A stretch of DNA of 62,612 nucleotides, the filler included, from Hausera hauseri (taxonomy: Eukaryota), in assembly GCA_046269625.1 (NCBI GenBank). It is 9 parts of 9 records of this genome, joined end to end, with 100 filler letters (N's around TTAATTAATTAA, not from the genome) between each part and the next. Parts side by side here need not be neighbours in the genome. Positions count along the whole stretch, not along the records: positions 1 to 4,637 come from JBJURY010494353.1; positions 4,738 to 9,469 come from JBJURY010457801.1; positions 9,570 to 15,444 come from JBJURY010175972.1; 6 more parts are not named here. One strand, written 5' to 3'. Shown here piece after piece: positions 1-11,249 of this stretch. Position numbers and translations under genes: made by a program. Below the pieces are notes generated by a model, which searched no databases, had not been told where the DNA came from, and was given only the letters and a program-made list of their open reading frames with translations. Position 1 is the first letter of the stretch; every line of letters begins with the position of its first letter.

Positions 1-159
1 TGAAAAGTTTGAAGAAGTGCATAGCAACGGTACCTAGCGGCACCAATGCTAGGCACTTTTTGGATCGATAGTGCACAGTGTGAACTATCGATCGGCACAT
101 GTGCAAAATCGATTTATCGATTACCCCCGGGGTGGGACCGAAAGCACATTTTCCTCCTA
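1..159 (+). mobile_element. End of a hairpin-rich MITE-like repeat (copy 1)
   Basis: Similar to 50170-50336 and to the reverse complement of 58190-58352; hairpin GATCGATAGTGCACA-G-TGTGAACTATCGATC at 63-93; ends in CC|TA. Confidence 0.65.
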
Positions 160-339
160 ATGAGGGCATCATTATCTTGGCTGGCTGAAAAACAAACGCT
201 ACTCAGAGGCAAGGATTTATTTGCTCCGCGCAAACAACAACCAAGCAAGCCCCAGTCCAATCTAAGAAACGGTTCTAATATAAACAATATTGAAAAAGAC
301 AAGCAAAATAAAAATACTGCTGAAGTAACATTGCATATG

Positions 340-3300
340 GGGAAAACGGTTACCCCAAAGTTTGGGATTCGCCGCGGCGGGGCTGAACTCCCGGCCGCGC
401 ACCCTTCACCATTTGGTCAGACGGCACCGTTGACTGACACCCCACGACACGCCCCTGACCATACGTTCACATCATTTTCTGTCTTTTTTTAAACAGCCAA
501 CACATTTACATAATTGCATCAACACACGCAAGCACTACCGATTTCTACAGCGTCATCTCCACTTTTCTTTACTCATCTGACTTTTATATTACACACAATG
601 AATCTACCGTACATATTGCTAAAACCTACAATCTTTCTTAACTTATATCCACCTCCATATACACTTCCGCATCCGTGGTGGCATTAATTCATCGCCAACC
701 ATAGACACCACGGATAAAACCACCATGAAACCAAAATCTGTAATATTGCTTCAAAAACTCACCCCTACTTCTGCTAGTAACCCTTCACCTACTACTTCTT
801 CCATTCCTTTCGCTCACTGAACTGAATTCTTTATCGACAACCAAGGTTTCATCAAAACTGGGTTGCAATTCCACCAACTGTGGCTACAAGCCAATAACGT
901 TGCCGATGCCGTCACTAAAGCACACAACCTCCTCTTCTTACTCCCTAACAAAATCAAAACACTAATTCACAACATTATTAAAATCTTTGAACTCCCTGAT
1001 CCATATTCACTACTCTTCAACGCTGTTCTTAAAATTACGGAACCCTCATTGGACATGAGCATACAACGCTTCTTCCACGACAATGATATAGCCACACAAC
1101 GACCATCATACTTTTTACGTACCTCTTTAGAACATCTACAAACCCTCAGAGTCACTAAAGAATACAACCCAGAACTACTGCGCCATCACTTTCTCAATGC
1201 ACTACCCATCCAAATTCGGGCCCTACTTACCATGGTGTCGGACTCCACGGCTATTGAAAAATTGGCCGAATTAGCCGATAAAACACACGACGTTCTACAC
1301 GTAAACACTTCATCAATCGTTTCGGCGGCATTTGCAACTACCGGTATCCAAAACAATAACACATCAATAGAGCAACAACTAAATTAGTTACGTGCCGAAA
1401 ATACAAAACTAAAAGCAACAATTAACAATATAAACAACAAATTAAACGAACTTTCCCTATCCCGGCGAAGGATTTTTGTTGCTGACTGCGCCAATTCTGC
1501 ATCTAGAAACCGGTCACCAACGCCTGCGCGGTCGTCGATCTGCTATTATAACAGCATATTTAATAAGAATGACAAGAAATGCTGCTTAGGGTGCAAATTT
1601 TACAACAAAAGTTTTTTTTAGACACCGTTGTTTGCATGTGCCATGCAAGATTTAAAAATCAAGCTCGTAAATGCATTCCGGACTGCACCTTCAAACCAAA
1701 TACGAACGACGGACATACTACCTTTTCTTCTAATAGTCGTCCTTGTTCCTCTTTTCAAAAAAACTAAATTTGCAGCAAGAAGTCACGAAAAAATCTGGCA
1801 AAGGCACTACTTCAGTTTCTGAATGCCGACACGCCTCTTTTGCTGTCTTTACTCTAAAGGCTCAATCACCGCTCCTGCAATGCAATCCGTTGATTTTCTT
1901 ATCGATACAGGTGCAGCGATTTTCTTATTACCACAAACTTTTCCTGTACAGAATTCACCATTTCTGGCATGACTAAACTATCTTTTATCTTACCAAACTT
2001 TCCTTCACCTTTCCACTTGACGTTCACAGTTGCTAACGTCCAGACGGCAATTCTAGGGTCCTATTTTCTATCACATTATAATTTATTGGTTAACTGCAGT
2101 CAACGATGTCTGAGGAGCGGCACCACTGGCAGCATTACTGAGCATATCAAGAGCATTTCGACTACCGCGCAGTCGATCGAGACGCTGAGGTCAATTTTGA
2201 GAAAACCAAACACTACTTTGAATTTTTGTAATATTTCACTCCGTAAATTTTTAAATAATAATATTGAAATCCAGTTGAGATTCGGTGTCGCCAATTGTGG
2301 TACTGTCACAAACGTTAATTCACTTGACGAAATCACTTCATCCAACACTATTTTCAATTCGACCATCTTACACCAATTACCACTTAGTTGCACATCACCA
2401 AACAATTCACAAATCGCATCCGCTACTATTCAAGCTGCTTCACCATCATCACCGAATCTATCACAGTTGCCTACAACTTTGCAGCAATTCATCAACACAT
2501 CATGTCCACGAATACTCAAAAAAGATCGTACGTTTACTCCTGCAAACAATACTGTACATCACATAATTACACAGCATCAACGACCAATACGCCAAGAGGT
2601 ACGACCACTGTCACCTGGTCGTAGACAGACCGTAGAAGCCGAATTTCTTGAACTAGAACACTCTGGCATTGTACGCCGTTTCAAATCTCCCTGGTTGTCA
2701 CATCTACACGTTGTGCAAAAAAGAACGGAACTTTTAGACCATGCGGTGATTATCGACAGTTAAACAACTTGACTATCATGACTGCGTACCCCCTGCCAAT
2801 CATCAAGGATATCTTGCACCTCCTTAATTCAACTGCAATTTATTTGGTCAAAGCATACCACCAAATACCGGTAGCATCGGAAGACATAGAAAAAACTGTC
2901 ACCACTTCTTTTGGTCTCTACAAGTACCTGTTTATGCCATTCGGTTTGCAAAATGCCGCACAGACTTTTCAGCAACATATACACTCAACTCTCTCAAATT
3001 TTCCATTTGTGCACCCTTACATTGATCATATTCTGATCGTTTCGTCTTCGGCCAAATAATACGAGGAACATCTTCGCGCAATATTCTAACGCTTTCACCA
3101 CCAAAATCTTCAAGTCAATTTCGACAAATGCCATTTTTTCAAAAAGCGCATCAACTTTTTAGGCCACGTTACTTCACCAGACGTTCACTTGTCTAAACCA
3201 GACCGAGTCGAAGCACTTAAAAATATCCAGTTACCACGTACGACCACCGAAATGCGCAGCTTCCTCGATACACTACACTTTGTACATAAATATGTACCAT

Positions 3301-4637
3301 ATTGCTCTGAATTGACAGCACCAATCGCAGCACCAATCGATCGAGAATTATTGTCCATTATTCCTGCTTTAAAGCATTTATCCCACCTACTTGTCGCTCA
3401 CCATTTTACTATACAGACATATCACAAGCCCTTACTTAACATTATTGCTACGAAACATCCTTCCAAACACTAATAACGACCGATATCATACTTGTCGACA
3501 TTTAACTTCGACATAAAACATATTAACAGGGTTAATAATTTGGTTGCCGACTTTTTATCTAGGTCGGTTAGTTTAATTAATTTTTCACCAATTTTTAAAC
3601 CAGCTCAACTTCAACAGAACCAGCCACCTCAGGACATGCTTAATTATTTCAAGTCTTGACACTCATTGTCGGTGTGGCTATAGACACTTCCAAACCGTGT
3701 CATTATGTAATAATTCTTGCATCACCTTTTCAAAGGCAAACGTTTAACAGTGTACATTTGCTACACCATCCCAGTGCTAAAGCCACTTTTTGTTAAGTCC
3801 ACCGACAAGTAGTTTGGCCGTCAATGCGTTCTGATGTGCAGACATGGGTTAAGGAGTGTGTGGCTTGCCAAAATATAAAACAACTAAGCATTTAAAGCCA
3901 CCACTGTTCTACTTTCCCTGCATATCGCGTTTCGAATCCGTGCATATCGACATCGTCTGTCCTCTTTCTCCAGACAACGGTCATCAATTCATCCTCACCA
4001 TGACGGACCGTTCCTCCCGATGGCCAGAAGCCATCCCTCTGAAAAGCACAAATACCAACACTACAGCTGACGTTTTCATTCGTACATGGATTAGAGGTTT
4101 GGATCACCTCGTTTCATTATTACGGACCAGGGTCCACAGTTTGAATTCAACCTGTTCAAATCCCTTTTTAACCGATTGGGGATCCATCACATACATACTG
4201 CGCCTTATCGCCCCCAATCAAATGGCCTTTTAGAACGTTTCCACCGAACATTGAAAACGTCACTAAGAATTTTGGAAGAGTCCAACACTATTTGGACGAA
4301 TCTTCTTCCGTTTGTTTTGCTCGGCTGGCGGAACACTCCGTCCACTTCTACGGGATGCTCACCTACTGAAGCCTTATTCAAAGCTTCTGTACGATCACTA
4401 TTCGAACTAAGTGCACTAGACGACACTCCTACGTATAAAACCATACGGGCGGCGCAAAGTCCTTTCGTTACGGTCAACAAAGATTTATTTTGCAAGTTAC
4501 TTCACAAAGACAAAACATATTTACTCGAAGACGTGCATTCGGCAAAATTCGTATGGATAAAAAATGAAACGCCGTGCGGTTTCCAACCGCGGTATTTGGG
4601 GCCCTATAAACTGATGCAGCTGCATTCCCATAACGTC
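340..4637 (+). mobile_element. Degenerate Ty3/gypsy (CsRn1-like) retrotransposon, copy A: Ubl-gag, protease, RT, RNase H, integrase
   Basis: Gag motifs PDPY, RPS.FLR, FL.ALP.QIR, KLAELADK; CHCC knuckles; protease FLIDTGA (~1895); RT MPFGLQNAAQTFQ and YIDH; RNase H DRELL and YHKPL; integrase HIDIV, RWPEAIPL, NGLLERFHRTLK, YLGPY; many stops and frameshifts. Confidence 0.93.
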
Positions 4638-4737
4638 NNNNNNNNNNNNNNNNNNNNNNNNNNNNNNNNNNNNNNNNNNNNTTAATTAATTAANNNNNNN
4701 NNNNNNNNNNNNNNNNNNNNNNNNNNNNNNNNNNNNN

Positions 4738-7700
4738 AAAATATGAAACTTAATGTACATTCTGTCCTTGCTAATAATTACCTGAGTTTGTGTTTTGATG
4801 TTGCGCCCGACCTTATTTCTACTCGATCGCCTGAAGAGATTTGGACTATTTTGCATATGTACACTTCTCGGTTTCCATCTTGTAAGGTTCGGTATGGTCT
4901 TGAAATTCTTTTTGAAAATTCTGAGGGTGATAAAAAGGAGGCTTATATTTCACATAGAGCTGTCCTTTATGATCAGTCTTTTCCACAAAATGTAGCTGAT
5001 AGTTTATAGGAGAAAATTGAGAATTTGCTGAAATGGGTGGTGGATGAAAGATAGTTAAGATTTTGAAATACTGTTTTCACATAGTCAAAACTAGCCCACT
5101 ACCTTATTTGTCTGGTAAGTCCTATATTCCAACAACTGACGCTTTAAATTTCGCAAAGGCCTTTATTAATGTGCAAAATGAGGACAATTTGTGTTTATTG
5201 TACTCTATACTTGCAGTGACCAAGTATTCTCTCTTTGAAGAGTCATAACAGATATAGAGTTAGCAATTACACCCCTTATTTAATCGAGTTGAAATATTCT
5301 TTACATGACATGCCTATAAAAATATGCAATATAGGCAAATTTGAGACAGAATCCTCGGTTGTCAATTAATGTCTTTTTGTTTTATGAGGAGGATGATGTG
5401 GATTTTGATGAGGACATAGTAAAAAATCCATTCATTGATATTTTGTACCGCAGCAAAAATCCGAATGGTACTGTAGTGAATTTGCTGATTTTGGAGAATG
5501 ATGATTACTTTCACTATGTTGCTGTACCAAATCTGAATCGGCTGTTAAACGTACGGTCTAAAAGCATAAGAATTCAATGTAAACATTAGTGTGAGAAATG
5601 TTTGCATGGGTTTAGGTTTGACACTGCATATTTTAAGCATTTACCCATGTGCATATCCCGTTAACACCAGCTGAATGGTATGTTTTCAAAAATGTTTCAG
5701 CATGTTATCTTTGCCTCGAACAGGGCACTAAATTTGTTAGGAATCACTGCCATGTGGGTAAATTCCTTGACCCAGCATGCAATCAATGTAACTTAGCTCG
5801 TAAGAGAAGGGATAATTTTTCTGTTATATTTCACAATTTGCGTGAATATGACCTGCATCATATCTTAAAACACGCAAAAAGTAAATTTGGTAGTTGAGAA
5901 CTAAGTGTTATTCCGCATGCAAGAGAAAAACTCTTGACTATGCAGGCAATGATATGCTGTTCAGCTAAATAGTCAGTATCCATTCGATTTCTCGACTCGA
6001 TACAGTTTCTACCTGCTTCACTCAAAACATTAGCCTCGAACTTAGATAGTTATCCCTTTACTGAGTCTGCTTTTCCTTCGCACATTAGAGGAAAAGGTAT
6101 ATTTTCATACACTGTAGCCAAATCTTTCAGGGACTTGCAGTCTATTAAAAAGTTACCACCGAAATGGGATGGTGTTATTGATAGATATTATGAGGAAGCG
6201 CAAACGGCTTGGTCAAAATACAGTTGCAACTCTCTTTTGGATTATATGTTGGTATATATGAAGCTCGACGTATACTTGTTAGGCGATGTCTTTGAACGGT
6301 TTAGAAAGGAGGTTAAGATGCAGGATGGTTTAGAGGCCGTTAATTTCCTTTCAATTCCCGGTTTATCTTAGGCAACTGCATTGAAAACAAGTTCGTACCG
6401 TATTGAACTCATTCAGGACCCTGAGATGTACAATTTCTTTCAATCGGAAATTCGCGGTGGCATGACTTTTGTAAATAAGCATAGGGTTCTCTCCGATGAA
6501 AGCACCAGCCTCTTTTATCTAGATGTAAATAATTTGTACGGTTGGGCTTTATCACAACCTCTGCCATTTGCGAATCTGACTTGTATTTACGATGAGGACG
6601 TCTTGACCAGTCTGATCCAACAATGACCTTTTATTGACTGTGTTAAGGAAAAATGATGCTTAGTCTTTGAAGTTGACTTAAGCATTCCAGGTGACAAACA
6701 TAATAACATGGACCAACTGCCTTTAGCTCCAATTAATAAATGTCCTCCTGGTTCAAAAGTAAAAAAATTGTTGCTGACACAGCGAAAGTCCAACTATGTT
6801 GTTCACTATCGGCTCTTACAGTTGTACATCGAGTTAGGTGCTGTAGTTGAGAAGGTACATCGGACCGTTGAGTTTGACCAGGGTTATGTCTTTAAGGATT
6901 ATATGGATCTTAATACTGCTAAAAGGGCTGCAGCAAATAATCCTTTTGAAAAAGACTTTAAGCTTAAGAACAACAGCTTATACGGCAAAACAGTAGAGAA
7001 TTTGCTTAATAGGTCAAACCTGAGACTGTTTAATAATCCTAAAAAGCTAGTTACATATGCTAGTAAGGCCCAGTTTAAAGAGAGCATTATTATAGCCGAT
7101 GATCTGGTTGCCGTTCTCCTTGATAAAGACATAGTGACTTTAGACAGGCCCTTATACATTGCTCAGGCTGTACTTGATCTGTCCAAGTTACGGATGCATG
7201 AGTTGAATTATATCGAGTTGGAGACATATCAGTGACAGTTTAATTGTGAGCTAAATATCGTTGCTGATGACACGGATAGTTTTTCTCGAGTGCCGTGGCG
7301 TTCATTTGCGATCTCAACTTTTACCGGCGATGATTGTAAGTGAACAACTGGATACATCCAACTATGATGCTAACGACCCTCTTTACTCTTCTGGATTCTC
7401 TGATGTTATAGGAAAATTCAAGGATGAGAATAAGGGATCTGTTGTATACCAAGAAGGCATTTTCTTGAGACCAAAATATTATGCCATGAAAACACAGACC
7501 AAAACAATAATGAAATGTAAGGGGATAAATCTGAAACAAACAGATGTACAATTCGACATCTATCTAAATGCTTATGAAACTGGTCGTGGCACAATGGTGG
7601 ATCAAGAAAGAATCGGCACCAAAACCACCAACTTATGACAGTTCAAAAGGGGAAAAAGGCACTGGATCCCTTCGATGACAAACGCCATTGGATTGACAAA

Positions 7701-7742
7701 AATAAAAGTGTTGCATACGGATACTATTTTATACAATTGTAA
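4738..7742 (+). pseudogene. Protein-primed DNA polymerase B (Polinton/Maverick-type), decayed, copy 1
   Basis: Motifs in the expected order across frames: INVQNEDNLC, CYLC..RNHCH..ACNQCNL, IFHNL, RFLDS, KLDVYLL.DVFE.FR, IRGG, YLDVNNLYGWA, KLKNNSLYGK, DTDS, GKFKDE, LRPKYY, KCKG, FDDKR. Confidence 0.9.
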
Positions 7743-8091
7743 ATATTTATTTTCTTTATAAATTTTATGCCAATAAATATTTGTATCTTATATCCCATTT
7801 GCTTTTGATATGTATATGATTTTTAGCCATAGTAAATGTTTCATTTCTCTTAAAATTAAAACAAAAGAAAAATGTATAGAGAGATGTTAAGTAACTAAAA
7901 AAGATACATGACAAATTAGTGACATGTGACTGACGAGTGATTAACAATATAAATAAAGAGAAGTTAATAACAAAGGCTCGTGACAAAATAAAGACAGGTG
8001 ACAAAACAAGTGCCTAAGAAAATTTTTTTTCTCCTCATTAGTTCGTGTGTCAGTCAATTGCAGAGTGTTGGAAAATTTTTCTTCCCTGGAG

Positions 8092-8120
8092 GTGCGGCAG
8101 TGCACTCACTTCTATCTACT
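8092..8120 (+). repeat. Putative Polinton-like terminus (reads 5'-AGTAGATAGAAGTG on the minus strand)
   Basis: GTGCGGCA..CACTTCTATCTACT lies ~380 nt after the PolB stop; matches CACTTCTACCTACT at 15731-15744 and 16321-16334; Polinton TIRs characteristically begin 5'-AG. Confidence 0.55.
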
Positions 8121-8793
8121 TTCGTGATTCATACCAAGTTGGTTTCGGTGGCGTTTCCAGTGTTTTCTCGATAATCCTTTGCATTTCCGAACAATCCACT
8201 TTGTCGTTCCTGTCTGGTTTCAAGTTGTATTCATTTTTTGATTGTTCAAAACTTACTTATTATTCAATCTGCTTCGATGAGAACACTTTTTACACTGTTT
8301 TTATGCTCGTTGTGTTGCGTCTCCATTCAGACAACTTACACAGTTTTTCTTTATGTCCCGTGTCACCATAATACCTGCACCCACATGAATATTGTGATTG
8401 ACGGCCATGCCGCGTTTTGAAAATTTGTGTCCATAATACCAGTCGAGGTTTATCAGTTAATCTACTGTATCGATTAATTTCTGTGTGTGTTATTCCAGTA
8501 TTAGACTTTCAAATGCAAATAAGTTGTACCCTACTGCATTGTGTATCTGTGTGTTACCCTTCGCCACACGTCCAAAAATCACCAACGTTGTAATAATGAG
8601 TGTGTTCCATACTTATCAACATAACTTTTCCTACATACATATATAACTACTTAATATACTGCAATGCTAACAAATGCTAATGCAAAATACTAATTCTTAA
8701 CAAATTTCCCCTTACTGCAGTCTCAGACGTCGCCTAAATGGGCTATAAACGTTTATCAACATTACTACTACCACTACTAATACTCTAAATCAA

Positions 8794-9062
8794 ATGGACG
8801 AGTATATTTAAAGTGAAATTCAGAGATTGACCGTTGACATTTTGACCGCACATATGTTTGATGTACAGGTTTATGTAAGCTCACAGAAACGAGAATAATA
8901 AGCAGGCTAGAATATATTGAACTACTGGTCAGATCTCGCTTCGTAAAACGCATCGAGGATGCAATGAGACGAAAACGACAACGACGTATTAATTTCCTTA
9001 TTGGACTAATATTTACTGCTTCGCTTTGTATTGTAATGAAAAAGTTGATTCACCATATTTAG
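8794..9062 (+). pseudogene. PolB-element-associated orphan ORF-A (basic patch plus C-terminal hydrophobic segment), disrupted
   Basis: ETRIISRLEYIELLVRSRFVKRIEDAMRRKRQRRINFLIGLIFTASLCIVMKK; homologous to minus-strand 55394-55610. Confidence 0.6.
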
Positions 9063-9143
9063 CCATTCATATAATTGCGCTACGTGTTTGTTTTTATGTA
9101 TTAATGCAATTTATTTTGTGTGTGTGTTTAAGCTACATTGCGG

Positions 9144-9161
9144 TATAAATACTTGTGCTTC
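9144..9161 (+). promoter_or_regulatory. Conserved TATA-box element upstream of ORF-B
   Basis: TATAAATACTTGTGCTTC is identical (18 nt) to the minus-strand copy at 55284-55301, at a similar distance from the ORF-B start. Confidence 0.6.
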
Positions 9162-9180
9162 TTTCCCATAAGATTATACA

Positions 9181-9469
9181 GTGTCTCACTTGACACAACT
9201 CATTAGCTTATACCACTCATTCGACGATCTCAGGAACCATCTTTACAATCTCGATTGGCCTTTGGACCATGCTCGGCATTTGCCTCCTGAAGAGCTACTG
9301 CTACTTGTTGAGCAGATTTGGAGGGCACAAGAACCCTACTTACGCCATATGAAGCAGGTTGTTGGTGATATTGAATTTTTATTCCGTAAGACTTTTTGCA
9401 CATTTGGTGGAAAAATGACGACGTTGGACGATAATAATCCTCGTCAAGTACGTCAATTTATGACCGATT
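9181..9469 (+). CDS. PolB-element-associated orphan ORF-B (partial, runs into the spacer; first codon GTG)
   Basis: MSHLTQLISLYHSFDDLRNHLYNL... aligns with minus-strand MSHLTEFICLCHSFDGLRSYLYNL... starting at 55262. Confidence 0.6.
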
Positions 9470-9569
9470 NNNNNNNNNNNNNNNNNNNNNNNNNNNNNNN
9501 NNNNNNNNNNNNNTTAATTAATTAANNNNNNNNNNNNNNNNNNNNNNNNNNNNNNNNNNNNNNNNNNNN

Positions 9570-11212
9570 TCTCGGTTTCTCTGTCCCTGTCTCTCTCTAT
9601 CGGTTTCTGATTGTATCTGTGTCTGTGTCCAGGTGTCTCTGTGCCTGTCTCTCTGTCTCTGTCACTCNNNNNNNNNNNNNNNNNNNNNNNNNNNNNNNNN
9701 NNNNNNNNNNNNNNNNNNNNNNNNNNNNNNNNNNNNNNNNNNNNNNNNNNNNNNNNNNNNNNNNNNNNNNNNNNNNNNNNNNNNNNNNNNNNNNNNNNNN
9801 NNNNNNNNNNNNNNNNNNNNNNNNNNNNNNNNNNNNNNNNNNNNNNNNNNNNNNNNNNNNNNNNNNNNNNNNNNNNNNNTGTCTCCGTTTCTGTCGCTGT
9901 CTATGTCTCTCTCTGTGTCTCTCTGTCTCTGTCTCTGTATCTCTGTGTCTCTGTCTCTGTTTCTGTCTCTCTTTCTCTCTCTGTCACTGTCTCTAACTCT
10001 GTATCACTGTGTCTGTCTTTGTCTCTGTTTGTGTCTTTGTCTCTGTCTCTGTCTTTGTGTCTCGGTCTGTGTATGTGTCTCTGTCTCTGTTTTTGACTCT
10101 CTCTGCCTCTGTCTCTCTCTCTGTTTCTCTGTCTCTGTCTCTATATCTCTGTGTCTCTCTCTCGCTCTGTGACTGAATCTGTGTCTGTGTCTCTGTACCT
10201 ATGTTTCTGTGTCTATCTCCTATCACTCTGTCTTTCACTCTCTCTGTCTCTCTGCCTCTCTGCTTCTCGGTCTCTCGCCATCTCTGTCTCTGTCTCTCAG
10301 TCTCTCTGTCTCTGTCTTTATGTCTCTCTCTGTCTCTCTGTCTCTGTCTCTGTCTCTCTGTCTGAGTCTGTACCTGTGTCTGTGTCTATGTCTTTGACTC
10401 TCTCTGTCTTTCGGTCTCTGTCTCTCTCTGTCTCGGCCTCTCTGTCTGTCTGTCTCTCTCTCTCTCTCTTTGTCTGTCTCTCTGTCTGTCTGTGTCTGTC
10501 TTTGTCTCTCTCTGTCTCTGTGTCTGTATCTCTGGGTCTCTGTGTCTCTGTTTCTGTCTCTCTGTCACTCTGTCTCTGTCTCTCTGTCTGTTTATCTGTC
10601 TCTGTCTCTGTGTCCCTGTCTCTGTCTCTGTTACTGTTTCTGTCTCTGCCTCTGTGTTTGTCCCTCTGTCTCTGTCACTGTCTTGGTTTCTCTAGATCTC
10701 TGTATCTATCTATCTCTGTGTCTCTGTCTTTGCTTCTCTTTGTCCCTTNNNNNNNNNNNNNNNNNNNNNNNNNNNNNNNNNNNNNNNNNNNNNNNNNNNN
10801 NNNNNNNNNNNNNNNNNNNNNNNNNNNNNNNNNNNNNNNNNNNNNNNNNNNNNNNNNNNNNNNNNNNNNNNNNNNNNCTGTTTCCCTGTCTGTCTCTCTG
10901 TCTCACTCTCTGTATCTGTCTCTCTGTCCCTGTTACTGTCTCTGTCTCCCTCTCTGTCTGTGTCTCTGTCTCTGATTCTGTCTCTGTCTCTCTGTCTGTG
11001 TCTCTGTCTCTCTGCCTCGGTCTGTGCCTGTGTCTGTGTCTCTGTCTTTGACTCTCTCTGCCTCTGTCTGTCTCTGTCTCTGTGTCTCTGCCTGTCTGTC
11101 TCAGTTTCTCTCTCTGTCTCTGTCTCTATGTCTCGGTCTGTATCTCTCTTTCTGTCTGTCTTTTACTCTTCCTGCCCCGGTCTATGTCTGTCTCTTTCTC
11201 TTTCTGTATGTC

Positions 11213-11249
<37 letters not shown>

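Noticed and set aside
46-160. Near-identical peptides at 46-492, 50288-50647 and 58091-58306 as a conserved protein
   Set aside because: They are translations of the non-coding MITE repeat
4682-4693. Recurrent TTAATTAATTAA as a biological repeat or CRISPR-like element
   Set aside because: Always centred in 44+44 N; it is an artificial linker
4738-7742. PolB as a giant-virus, phage or casposon gene
   Set aside because: Motifs fit eukaryotic protein-primed PolB, the gene is pseudogenised, and no cas1 or other viral hallmark genes are visible
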